DNA from: Amphiscolops sp. MND2022
Taxonomy: Eukaryota
DNA length: 64,000 nucleotides
NCBI GenBank assembly: GCA_964187785.1
Contig: OZ076409.1
Span: 10,666,001 to 10,730,000 of the forward strand
Direction: 5' to 3'
Shown: positions 41,645-54,239 of the stretch, piece after piece
Numbering within the stretch: the stretch's first letter is position 1
How the letters are laid out: the number at the start of each line of letters is the position of its first letter
Made by a program: the position numbers and the translations under genes
Notes under the pieces: model-generated
Told to the model about the DNA's origin: nothing
Database searches by the model: none
Seen by the model: only the letters and a program-made list of their open reading frames with translations

Positions 41645-43525
41645 TACCAGAAAACTCAACACAAGAAAATTCAACACAAGGAAACTCAACACATTTTAAG
41701 CATTTGATAATCGTGATATATATTATACATGTATATTCCTTGTTTTTAGGCATTTGACACAATTTTTCTGAAATATTTGTGTTTGCGTTTACAATTTTTC
41801 TGTCGCTTTGATTCATGGTTTGGGCCGATGTAAACAGCGTTTCAAAGTGAAAAACAGATTAATATAGGACAAGTCGCAACCATGATTAGGTGTAAATAAA
41901 ATTATACGTCTTTATATGTCTTTGAAATAAATCGAAATTGTGACTAAGTGTGAACTAGGAACCGAAATTTTTGGCGTTTTTTTTTCATTTTTCGGCGGCG
42001 GTATTAGCACCCGTTTTCGGCGTTAAAAAAAGTGATTTCGGCGAAGAATTAAATTGATGAATTATAACGTAAAAACATGTATTTATCAACATTCTCATCC
42101 AAAATGTTTGGCCGATCGCTCAAAAACGAATTTAAAATTGAAAAAGTCTCTCAACGTCAATGTTTTGTGCGGGCGCAAAGGAGTATGCAACAATTTGTTG
42201 AGGGTCTGTCACTCCAATGCCTCTTGCTAATTGAGCCGCTTTCTGCAGACCATCATTTTTGGCGACAACTTCGTTCAGTTTGTTCAAAGCAACTTCAGCA
42301 ACTGGATTTTATGGTTCCAAATTTGCGAGGTCAATTAATTTTTCTGTCATTTTTTGATTGACAATTTCTGCTTTTGGAATTGTGTAATTTCTGGCCTCCG
42401 ATTCTGTAATGAATCCACATAAAAATTCCACGTTGTGTACATAACCAATACGGGCAATAATGTCAGGTTTTTCCATAATTTCAATTGCCTGGTGTCCAAC
42501 TGTGATTTCAATTAAGTATGGGGGCTTGGGTTCACTTCCCAGCTCACCAACAAGAAATGTAAAGTATTTTTTTCCATTGTAATCAGCTTCGTCAAACATA
42601 ACATAAAATGACTCAAAATTCTTGACAATATCTTTGAGTAATTCTAGTTTAGACTCGTAATTGTTTTTAATGTAACTCGTTTGCAATGTTTTCGAAGTTG
42701 GAATTGTTCGCCTCATGTTTTTTCCATGAAATTTTTTAGCCTTTCATTATTCAACGCGTGCAATGGTAATCCGGCGCCGATCCAAGTATTTACAAGATCT
42801 CGGATGAAATGATCTTCGACTGAAAAATGCATATTTTATTATGTTATTATAAATTATTATATAAAAATAATATAATGCAAAGAAGTGCTTACCCTGAATT
42901 CCCGATCCCCTCAATTGTAATGTGGTTTGACGCTTCTGCTGAAGACTTAAAGCCCGGGAATGTCCAGTCCCACGTATATGATCCGAGACATGATTTGTTT
43001 TTTTTTCACATCGAACGATTTGCCACATAGGGAACAAAGTACTTTAAATCCATCTGTTGGTGTGGTAGATAGGATTTCCAAACATTTATGTGATGCAATT
43101 TGGGACTTTAAGGTAACATATGATGCAGCTCGAGACATTACACTGGTCTGAATTAGTTGACTGTAATGTAATAGTAAGTAAACAAACACGCAACAAGACT
43201 GTTTGACGCTTGTTAAGCAAAGGCACGCGGGCCGCCTATTCAATTTTAACAATTAATTGCCAAATTATCCCATTGGCTGTTTTCGGCGGTTAGATGACCT
43301 TATTCAGCGTTTTCGGCAACCGCCGAGAATTTCGGTTCCTAGTGTAAACGCAAATAATACGGATTTAACAATTAGTTAGATTTCGGAGAATAAACTCAAT
43401 TTATGTGTTAACTAAAATCAATTAAATGTTTTGAAATGTGTTGAGTTTTTGTGTTGAGTTTTCTGTGTTGAGTTTTCTGTTTTTTACTTTGTGTTGAGTT
43501 TGCTTGTGTTGAGTTTTCCGTACCC
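41645..43525. mobile_element. MITE-like element with AAACTCAACACA subterminal arrays, split by a hAT insertion
   Basis: Arrays at 41651-41697 and, inverted (TGTGTTGAGTTT), at 43434-43518; exact ends uncertain. Confidence 0.6.
41956..43341 (-). mobile_element. Internally deleted hAT transposon with a CGGBP1-like transposase relic
   Basis: TIR TAGGAACCGAAATT; 8-bp TSD GTGTGAAC/GTGTAAAC; LCSLCGKSF...HVSDHIRGTGH zinc finger; FYVMFDE first catalytic Asp region; APAQNIDVERLF C-terminal motif; intron 42820-42892. Confidence 0.85.
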
Positions 43526-44579
43526 CAGAATTTCTACGATTGACTTTAAAATCAATTTTGGAAAATCTAGAATTGTGATATATATGAGGTTTTGTCACCT
43601 AGACCTCAAAGATGTGAATTTTCAACGTGTATCAATTTCCACAGAAATGGAAATCTAGCAAAAATGTTAGATGGGAATTATTCATATTACTTGGCCTGGT
43701 AAACATTCTTTTAGAATGTTTGCTTGAGCTAAATTAGCAGATTTTTCACGGTGAGTGATTGCAATGAAAAAACACGATGATCTTTGCGAGTATGATCATA
43801 TTATGAAACATGGTCACATGAAATGACCATGATCCTAGCATGATCTTAGCATAGTGAGTATGTTGGGTCATCCCGAATAGTTTATACTAGGATGTCTTTA
43901 TAAAAGCAGAAAAACTCAAAACTCAAAGCTCGTGTGAAAATGAAATGTACTAAAAAAATTGGCCCACCTAAACAGAACAGAATTTAAAACGAGAACAATG
44001 CTTCACTAGTTGGTCAATTACCCACAGTTTTGGCATCGAACAGATTATAATAAGTATGCTTTGGCCTTTTCCATAAAAACGAAATAGAAGATTTTAAAAT
44101 GACATTATATTTCAAATAGATTATGTATTGATTACCTTTAATTTTATTATTGGCGCTTTATGAAGTTTTTTCATCGTTTTTTAAAATAAAAAAATCATTC
44201 CAACCCGGTAGAATTAAACAGAAACATTTTTTAAAAATACAAAGTTATTTAGAGTTTTTCGCATATTAGTTTTCGATGTTTCCACTCAAAAATACCCAGT
44301 TAGGCCCATATTATCCTTCCTTCAAAAAAAATTGGCATTGTAAGATTGTTAGTTCTTTATCTAGAAAAACTTTTTTTCTAGAAAATCATGTTTAAATTCG
44401 ATCTACGCCAGTCCCGACTTGATTTAGGTAATTGTGACTTGAAATCTTTATATCTTTTTCATAATAGAAAAAAGACTGTTAGTTTAATTGGGTATTCGTG
44501 ATAGAAACCTCAATGAATACAACTACAAATTTTACCGACGGCGAGAAAGGAGCACTATTGTTATAACTTATTGTTCCAG

Positions 44580-44771
44580 ACGAGCAGATATGGCCAAGAG
44601 GTTGTCTGAAGCCCGGCGCGAGGCGGAAGAGAAGACGCGACTAATCATTGAGAAGTTGGAGAAGAAAATCAGTGACATCGAACAGAACCGGGCCCTTGTC
44701 TCTAACGCGCCCCAAGTGCCCCTAACCTCCATGAAAAGCTACCCCAACACCCTGCTTCAACCCCGACCCAG
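44580..44771 (+). CDS. Host gene exon F (coiled-coil segment)
   Basis: tgttccAG acceptor, GTAACA donor, frame RADMAKRLSEARREAEEK..., phase 2 to 2. Confidence 0.78.
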
Positions 44772-45358
44772 GTAACAGCTGTTGTTGAAAACATCACCCA
44801 GTTTTTGCACCATGGCGCCCTTGCCAAGATCCATGGCAAGTTCCTTGCTAGCCTTACCAAGATCTTGCCATGACCATGGCAAGCGTTCCATGGCTTCAAC
44901 CACTGGGTAAGGATTCGAAGAAAATGATAGAACAGCTGATTTGGTAGCATATTTCACTTTTTATGCGTGCAAATATTAAATACCACAACGAGATCACGAA
45001 TTTTTAGAAAAAAGATCAATGCGTGCGGTAAAATAAAACATCGACCCAGTTTTTAGTTCATGTTTTTAAAATAACAATAATGGCAACTGGCCAAAGGGTT
45101 CGAAGTTATTATCTGCGTGACGGTTACCTTAAAAAACCCCTGAGTATGTTTCAAATTCTTTGCACCTTTTGAGTCTTAGACTTGATACGTAATATATTTC
45201 CTTTTCTTGGAAATGATTTCTGTATTTACTTCATGCGAGCATGAATGACGCTCTCATATTGTTCCTCATTCCCCTGACTAAGCAATAGCCAAGTCTTTTT
45301 TAAAACAGTTTTTCCTGTATAACGGAATTATTTGATTCCACCCAACTGGTTTTTGCAG

Positions 45359-45580
45359 CAAACGACTGGACAAAAGCCTGGATGTTTGTCTGAAGTCGGA
45401 GGGGGTCGCGGTGACCTCTCAGAAACACAAGTCTTCATTCAGCTCGTCTTCTTCTGGGGGCTGTGACAGACTGCAAAAGACCCGTCTACCCTCCACGTGG
45501 ACACCCAATGCCCTGGATGTCTCAGTGGCCCAGAGTGTCGCCTTCACGCGCTCTTGTGTCGACATGAGGGAACATAACAA
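45359..45580 (+). CDS. Host gene exon G
   Basis: ttttgcAG acceptor, GTGGGC donor, frame KRLDKSLDV...MREHNK, phase 2 to 2. Confidence 0.72.
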
Positions 45581-45709
45581 GTGGGCTCATTTTGATAAAT
45601 TTGATCTAACAACAAGCCGGGAACGGCCCAAGTCGTCGATGCCATTTATAAGGCTCAACAATTCATAGAGAAATTTTGGGGATAAGATTGAAAAAAATGG
45701 GGGAAAATG

Positions 45710-45845
45710 AAAACGTGATATCCGAACTTTGAAAACGGTATATCCGATTTTTAAAAAACGTTATATCCGAACTTTGAAACCGTTACATCCGAACTTTACC
45801 TTTGAAAACGTTACATCCGAACTTTGAAACGTTATATCCGAACTA
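45710..45845. repeat. Tandem TTA(T/C)ATCCGAACTTTGAAA-type repeats, probably transposon subterminal
   Basis: About 6 units; the same motif recurs at 54249-54360. Confidence 0.6.
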
Positions 45846-46837
45846 AAATATCTCATCTAAAAAGTTGAACAAATGAACAAAAAATGTGGACCATGCAGAG
45901 TGAACTGAAAAAAAACTACCCACTGCAATAGTCGGGCTTTTCTTCCTTAAGGGAAAAAGCGCAGACTAAAAAACAGATCTCTTTCACTATTTCTCCTGTA
46001 TAGCAAAAAGGGCTAACGAAATGACGACTTTCAAATACATGGATGAAGTCTAATACTAACTCTAATAGCGCAGATCTCCTCTTATAGATCAATGCTTCTG
46101 ATTGGCTGAGTGGGGATTTTGATAACAAGAGCCAATAAAAAGTTTTGATATATATGAAGAGATCATTTAAGTGAAAGCATAGCACGGGAGTTTTGCGTAT
46201 AGGAGATAAATAAAAATGAGCCCGTTGCATTTTTCCCCGTGGAGCATAGTGTACAATATCCCAAAAAAACAATGAAAATTGTGAAAAAAACTTCTTATCC
46301 GAGTAAATAAGCAAAGAGGGCAAAAAACAAATCACATTTTAGTTTTGATTTTTGCTGTTTAGCAACAGTTATAAATTGCCACTCTTTCAAAAGAGAAACA
46401 AATATGAAACAAAATTAGTTTAATTGGAGAATCATCAATAAAGCAAATCCCATGAAAATGGTATTGTCTCAGTGTTCGAAGCCATGAACGCTTACCATGA
46501 ACATGTTTAATGCTGCTGAATAATGGTTAACCATGGTACCCTTGTCATGAAACGCTTGTCAATATCATGGCAAGATCTTGGCAAGATAACCATGGTTTGT
46601 CATGTTTCTTACCAAGGATATAATGTCAAAACCATTTTCAGTTACTGACCGTGTCCCAACTAGTTGGAAGGCCTCTTTATCAATGTGAATACCAGGAATA
46701 ATATCTAAAACATCCAAAAAACGACAAATAACGTCCAAAATGTGAAGTAATGTCTGAAATATCAATGATACCTATCAATATCATAACGTTTCTAACATGA
46801 AAACGATGATTCAGTTCATTTTGTTGTGGCTTTTTAG

Positions 46838-47108
46838 ACTGAAGTCACAAGCGAAGAGTTTGAAACTCCGCGAAGAGGCATCGACCGGTGTTTGGACGCC
46901 ACACACACGAGGAGTAACCAATTCTGCAAACTGCTACCTTCTACCTTCCCACAGCAGCCACGTGAACTACTTCAAGCGATCGACAATCTCTGACTCAACC
47001 ACTGAAACTGCAAACAAGCTACTGAAAAAACTGAAACTCTCTGCTATGGTTCCACCCACTTTCAGCTATACTAACTCAAAAATTGATGATCGGTCTCCTT
47101 TTCAATAA
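46838..47108 (+). CDS. Host gene terminal coding exon H
   Basis: ctttttAG acceptor, frame LKSQAKS...RSPFQ-TAA; AATAAA overlaps the stop and recurs near 47354. Confidence 0.72.
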
Positions 47109-49087
47109 ACCGTATCCATTCACTGTTGTTATCTGTTGAAAAATTCGCCCAAAGACAAGCAAGGAAATTCAACACAAAGGAGTATTCACATAACTTTTTT
47201 TCACCCTAACTGATCATCTTGACTCATATGGGCTTTCCTTCATTACCGTTGTTATTTATTAGCCTCATTTGGTTTCAGGGATAATAATAATGAATGATTT
47301 TTCAATACATTTTAAACTTAGATGATCCTTGACCTTAAACATTCGATTGATAAATAAACAACTATGTTTATGGCCATGATGAGAACCCATGAATCATTCA
47401 TGAAGATCCATGACCGAATATGACACGTTCTGTTAATCATATGAACGTTTTAAGCATGTCTGCGATAATATAGTCTTTTCCGCAAAAACCAATCAGGAGC
47501 GTTCGAATGGGATGAATGTTGTTCACAATCGTTTTTCCAGTGAGACATTCTCTGAACAACAAAAATCGAGTTTCAAAATGTGTTCGTAACGTATTAAATG
47601 AACAGCAAAAGCGGTACAAAGCGCAGCGTTTCTCAGTTTTCACTTCATGTGTTTGAAAGCATCACCAATACAAAGATGAATGGAAGCTCGGGCCTTCTTG
47701 CGCATCTAATTCCATAGAATATGCCATCACGTATGGTTAAGTTCGTAGGTTTTATCGATTATATTTTGGTTTTTCATCCTTAATCATCCATGATCTTCCA
47801 TGAATCATGGAATGATTCTGAGCTAGGCTAGCCCATGATTAATGGATGAACAAATATGTAAACAATGACTTGTAAACCTGTGAATTCATCCAATTTTGTT
47901 TTGAAAACAATTTCCTAAAGAAAAATCTATACAATCTTTTGCCGAAAATTTTGCAAAATTTCAAAAGTTCAATGTCAATTTAAGTTTGACCAACTTGAAT
48001 TGAATGAGGTTCCGAAAATCCCATTTTTAGTTTAAAAGCTGTTTAGTACGTCAAAGACTTCTCCCAAAACTTCGACGGGGAAGTTTAATATTCTTGTCAA
48101 GCACTTTTCGATAGTCAAAAAGGTGTTTTCATGCCACATTTTTAAGTTTTAAACAATAGTAACATTCAAAACAAGCTGTTATGAGTGACTTATGGGCAAG
48201 GAAGAAGAAATAAAGTTGAACTATTACGCAATTATGGTAGATGAAAGTTCATTTCCCCAATTTTGCGGTGTGGTGCTGCTTTTCAAGTCGGCCCCTTTCG
48301 CCATGGTACCATATTTGCAGCCAAGTGGTCAAGCCGTGGTGGACTTAAAGCTGTGGTTTCCAAGTGCCTTCTTAGGTCACAAAGGTCTGACTGCTCACCG
48401 TTGCTCTCTTTATTTATGCTTTTCTCCACCAAATGCGTGATTTTTTGTCATGACCATACCACTAAGCTAGGGATGAAAAAAACTTGCTTAAGGCCCAACA
48501 ACGGTGAGTTGAGAGAGATTCGAACCTGATACCTGATACAATAGTAAGCTCTTAATACGTGTAAAAACAAAATGATCCATTTTTTACTAGTGCAATTAAA
48601 ATAAAATGAAAGTTTTTAGGAGTTCGAAAATACTCAATAATAATGATAAAAACAGTTCTGTAAAACATTTGAAAAATCCTAGTCTGTCATTTTGAGGTTT
48701 TGCAGGAGAAGGTTTATATAAAATGGATATAATGAGTCAAAGCGGGAAACAATGCAGACTTTTAAGACTTTTCAGCTTTTCCTTTTAAGGCCTTTTTGTC
48801 CATCTAGCGTATAACTATCTTTTTGTCTTTTTGTCCTCCCGCTTTAAATTTGAATTGCACGCATGCTTATATAATTTTCTCCCTGGTATCTGACAAAAGA
48901 ATTAGATCCCTAATTTGATTCCAATTTTTCACACTCTGCAATCACACATGAACCCTGAGTTCACCTTCTGATCACTATTTTCCAATCGTTTCAAGTCGGC
49001 TCCAATAATGTCATTTCTGTCACCTAGGAGCAATCAATCAAGACGTGAACTGGTTCTATTGGACACTTGAAAACAACTAATCGGGTA

Positions 49088-49324
49088 CATTACGAGGCCA
49101 AAGTGGGAAAAACGTGAACTACAACGATTTCGTTGTAGTAATTTTTGAATTCTTGAACTAATGGTAATACATACAAATTTCAAGAATCGAGAAAAACTAA
49201 GCGAAAGCAAGTGGGGATTTTTCTCGATTCTTGATTTAAATATAGACTACCACTTTTTAAATTTAAACTACCACTTTTCTTGATTCTTGAAAAATTGAAC
49301 ATTTCCCACTTTGGCCCCGTAATG
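49088..49324. mobile_element. MITE with TA target duplication
   Basis: TIR CATTACG(A/G)GGCCAAAGTGGGAAA, TA on both sides. Confidence 0.75.
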
Positions 49325-49537
49325 TAGAAGAAACAATAATTCAATTTCCAACTGAAAACTGATCAGTTCCAAGTCAAATAAAAAATGCTGATTAAACCTC
49401 TTCTGTCACCTGGGCACAAATCAGCAGTTCAAAGAGCAAATGTGAGATGATAAAAATCATTGAATGTTATCACAAAATTTGATTAGTGTTTTTAGTGTTT
49501 TGCAGTAGATCATGAAAGAATGAACAATCGTTAGTAT

Positions 49538-50357
49538 CCCAGGTTTTCGATCTTTGCGAATCTGTGCAGATCTGCAGAATTTTTGCAGATCTTTGCAGAT
49601 ATGTGCACATTCGAAAAAAAACTGACAAACTCAGAAACGCAATAAAACCCCCACAGCGATGTCAAACGAATAATAAAAATCTTTAAAACTGGAGCAAAGT
49701 CTCATTTATGTCAAAATGATGAAACATTTTTCTGTAGCAATCTGTACAGATCTGTAGAGATTACAGATCTTTACGGATCTTTACAGAGCCAAACAATGAC
49801 CAATAAATTACTATAACGTATTCCAAGTTAACAGCAATTACTAAAAATGCTCCAACAAACTATGTTGCGAAAATATTACAAAAACAAAACTTTATCAACA
49901 CACCGACCAATCCAGAAGGGTTGCCACATGTCAAATTTTATCTGTCAAAACGAAGTCAATATGGCAAACGAGCCTCTCAAAGTTTAACAACCACTTCTGG
50001 AAAGTTCGAGTGAAATGGATAAATTACCGTGTTGTACCAAAACCGCAAAATTACCGTGATGGGAACAAATTTTCCTTCTCAAGAATTTTGAGTGATGAAT
50101 AGTTTCAACTGACTGACCCTAGGTCAGCGGCAATACTCGATAAAGTAATTGAAGAAGGCCAAAAATGCAGTATATTGGTTCCTTAGAAGCTGCGGAAAAA
50201 CATATTTCTGCAAAAATCTTTAAAGAAAACCTGCACACTTTTGTAAAGATCTTGCAGATCTGTATGGATCTTCAAGATTCAGTGCAACGATCTTTGCAGA
50301 ACCCTGCAGAAAAAATCCTGCAGATCTGCACAGATTCGCAAAGATCGAAAACCTGGG
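49538..50357 (+). mobile_element. Non-autonomous CCC...GGG element, 820 bp, 40-bp perfect TIR
   Basis: CCCAGGTTTTCGATCTTTGCGAATCTGTGCAGATCTGCAG and its exact reverse complement; AT on both flanks; interior homologous to 25685-26505. Confidence 0.85.
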
Positions 50358-51000
50358 ATAACAAGTGAAATACTAATTCATAGATTTCATCTTTAACTTA
50401 TGAACTAAAAGATCCGTCCGTTTCTGTCGTTCGTTTTATCTCTTGTAGTATTAAAAATTTGTGTTAATGTTAAAATGTTGCTAACTAAAATTACTGTTGC
50501 GTTCACGTATTAATTGACGTCGTTATGTCGGCCAGCAAAGCATTATTAGTGTGTTAATTTGTATAATTAGATAAAGTGGTTTTTCAATTCTGCTTTATAC
50601 GATCTTCGAAACGGCTGTTCCTTGGTCTAATTTATACATCGTACTTTTCTTCAAAAACTTTGTGGCTGACTTTGTTTTTGTTTTTTTTGCAACTTCCCAC
50701 TGTTCTAGGGGATTTCTGAGTACTTAAAACTAGAAAGTCCCTTTTGTGATTCTTTTCTGTGTCTTGAGCCTGCAGCCGTAGAAAACTTCCACCAGATTTG
50801 GTCGACAAAAGGGCATTCTGTTCATACATTCGGAAGGCAATCCAAAAAGAGTTTTGCAAGATTACCGTTTCCATGACTATGGCGATGACACACTTTGCGT
50901 CGCGTTTTTGTCTTTAAGAAAAGCAAAACAGCGGATTTTTGATCAAACGATAACCAGTTGTGTTGGTTCACAAAACTGAATGACGAGAAAAAAAGATAGC

Positions 51001-52787
51001 TGTCGCAATCTTGTACAATGGCCTGGGAGTCTACTGAGATCTCCCAATTTGAAGCTACATGACTGCTAAAATTGGAATTTAATTTACTGCGGTCTTGCTG
51101 GTCCTGTTGACCAAAAAATCCTAATGGGCTCCTGTCTAGTCCCGTGGGCCTGTGGTCAGTCTGGTCAGGATAACCTCTGGAGCTTCTGTCTAGCCGCCTA
51201 GCCCTGTGGTCCACTTGACTAAATTGACCTCCAAGATTTTCGTCTAGTCTACCGGACCGGTGGTCCATTTGACTAGAATGGCCTCTGGGACCCTCGTTTA
51301 GTCACTGGACCGATGGCCCATATGGTTGAAGATCTCTCTGGGCCTCTCATCTAGTACTCTTGACCGGTGGTCCATATGGCTAGAATGATCATCAGGGCTC
51401 CTGTCTAGTCTACCTGACCGTAGTCCATTTGCCCAGAGTAGTCTCTGCGGCCCTCGTTCAGTCTCCTGTACCGGTGGTCCATTTGGCTAGAATGGCCTCT
51501 GCGACACTCGTTGAGTCCACTGGACCGGTCGCCAATATGGTTGAAGCTGTCTCTGGGCCTCTCATCTAGTACCAATCTAGGACCGGTGGTTCATATGGCT
51601 AGAATAATCTTCTGGGCTCCTGTCTAGTCTACAGGACTGATTGTCCCTCATGGTATTTAAACCCAATTTTTGAGCTCCTAGTACATTCTGAACACTGGGA
51701 AGCACCCTTCCAGCAATCGCTGAGTTGATAACTTCTAAAATCTGAGTATTCAAGTCTTCTCTAATTATGTCAAGTTTTCTAGTAAGTTTGGTAGTAACTA
51801 GATCATTTTTAGAGTAATTTCCTGACATTATATCCATTTTTCCCAAGTCGGACATCACGTCCGATTGTCTAGACCTTTTCTCCGTAGCCTTCTGCTTCCT
51901 TGACGAGGGCATTTGAAAATTTCACTGCTGGAGAAAAATTATATTTGAGCTTTTATCCGTTAACCAAATTCGAACTGATAGAACGTAAAACAGAATGAGA
52001 ATATAGCAAAGTTTCACTAATGAGCAACCGATTGTGTTTACTGATTTGTAGCGTCGTATTCAAAGATTGTTTCTTCGTACTACGGGGACCCGCTATTTAT
52101 AATAAATGGAGCTTGACTAGCAAAATTATGATATCTCTAAAAATAGTAACTAATGTGGGTTAAAAAGTCTTTGGTGCGACGTCTATTTTACATCACTATT
52201 AGGTTATGTCTGAAAATTCCATCGATTGGGCCTTGAACCTATAAATAGAATTGGGGGCTGGAAGGCGGTCTGCCTTTAAAGTTATAGCAAATTGTTTGAT
52301 GACAAGCTTTTGTTTACTTAATGCTCTACATGAGAGTAATAGAGCATGGCGGACTCGTAGTCCGAATGACTAAATAATATTCGCAACTATAGCATATTGG
52401 ACTGGTGGTCTAAGCGTCTCGAGAATACTAGCACGTGGTTGGTCAATAATCATCAGGGATTGCGGGTCGAGTTGACTAGAGTAATTTTCACTTCGAACGC
52501 GTTTCCTTTATTGCATACATTTATTTTACTGTACTTGCTTCGAATAATAAACTAAAACTACAACAATTCTTTCCTGGTTTACATTAACACTGGCATATAT
52601 TGCATAACTAATACCAATAAATTTAAATAATTTACATGTAAACCGAACAAATTCATGTCTAAAAGTTGTTAGCTAATGGATATACGGTCTCGTGATTACA
52701 GGGGTAGTACTCCGAGTATGAATGGTAGGTCGTTGTCACTAGGAGCCACCTGGTATCGATTATCGTCACAGGCGGCAGCCTGCGACA
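51001..52787 (-). mobile_element. Probable solo LTR containing a coding region and a 54-bp minisatellite
   Basis: TGTCGCA...TGCGACA termini; flanks ATAGC/ATAAC (4/5 TSD); minus-strand MPSSRKQK... frame runs, with disruptions, to the element end. Confidence 0.65.
51100..51640 (-). repeat. ~54-bp degenerate tandem repeat (~10 units) encoding DHRSGRLD-type 18-aa repeats
   Basis: GTGGTCCAT-like cores every 53-54 bp. Confidence 0.85.
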
Positions 52788-53523
52788 ATAACATATGTGA
52801 ACCCTGGCTGGAAGATGAAAACATGACTTCATTGAAACAATTAACGGAAAACATAATGAGTTTCAGTTGGACTTCTTGTTTTTACCACAACACTGATGTT
52901 TACTGAACTACCGCAAATTGTCAATTTCCACGTGGCTTAGGAGGCTTTGAAAAATTCGTTCTTGTACACTGCAATAAACATGAAACTTAATAGTTCTTTA
53001 GATGGTCCCCTTTCGCAGGAACAACTTCGATTATTCTCTGGGGAAAGACCTTGCAAGATTTTTAATCATGTCATTTTGAAAGACCGTTTGCAGTTACTCA
53101 AGGTTTTCGTAATGTTTACAATTAGGATATCTATGTCGATCCAATATTCCCACAGATCCTCTGTTTAGTTACAATCCGGTGCGCATGGTGCCCAGTCTAG
53201 TTTCTCAAAACCTCATGTGCTTGCAGATTGTGATGTTTAGGATGTCGCATTGTCCTGCGTCAGAATTGTAATATTAGAACTGACATATGTCATTCATGTT
53301 GTTATTATTTTCCACCCACCAATAATGGGGTAGGAAAATTATGATCTGTGATGCATTTTTCCCAAATTCTGCCAAATCTCAACACTCTCCATCACTCGAC
53401 TTTTTTAACTACTTGACTATTTTATATAGTTACTTGACTGTTTTAGTTACTTGTTATTCATTCATGACTCGTTTTGTTTTATGTATTTAGTTTCAATGAG
53501 GAGGAAGCAGAGGTTCGAAAATA

Positions 53524-54239
53524 CAGTATGGTTCCAAAATGTTGAATACGGCTTTCAAAGCTGGAGAAATTTTGCCAGCTGAATATTGGTATTCTGTACT
53601 GTGAATGAAAGACGAGTGAAGCTCACAAGTGACGGAATTGTTCGTGTTTTTCGCAAAAAAACACTCGTTACGCGCAAAAAACGTCAAAAATGTGACACCT
53701 GACAGACGATCGCTGATGTTTTGAGGTGCAATTCAATCGGATGGCCGGAAATGTTAGTTAAATGCCCCAATATCCTAACAAGCAGCAGTTATCTTGATAT
53801 TCTGAAAGATTAAAACAAAAAATTGCATTTTCCGGACTTAGTTTTTCAACAAGACAACGCGCTCACTCATAAAGCTTCAATTGTCAAGCGTTTTTTCCGC
53901 GCAAATGAATGGGAAGTACTGGATTGGCCACCATACATCCCTGATCTGAGCAGTATTGAGAACCTTTGGCAATTGTGAAGAAAAGATTGGCGAAACAAAG
54001 TGTTTCATGGGAGAATTTAGAGGAAAAAGTGCAAGAACTTTGGAATTCGATCGAGTTAGAGACTGTTCAAAAACTTTATGATAGCATTCCCGAGCGCCTA
54101 GAAGCATTAGTAATGGATTCATTTCCCGATTTTGAAATAGTTGCTTTGATATGCTTTCTTTGTCTTATGTTCAGTTCATGTTGATTTTTCCGTTTTTTAA
54201 AAACAGGTTTGCCGTATTCAACATTTTGGAACCATACTG
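53524..54239 (+). mobile_element. Internally deleted Tc1/mariner transposon
   Basis: 29-bp perfect TIR CAGTATGGTTCCAAAATGTTGAATACGGC; TA TSD; FQQDNA..H, WPPYIPDLSSIENLW, LYDSIPERL motifs. Confidence 0.93.

Noticed and set aside
51100..51640. CRISPR-like array
   Set aside because: Whole units are degenerate copies with no unique spacers; eukaryotic context with no cas genes.
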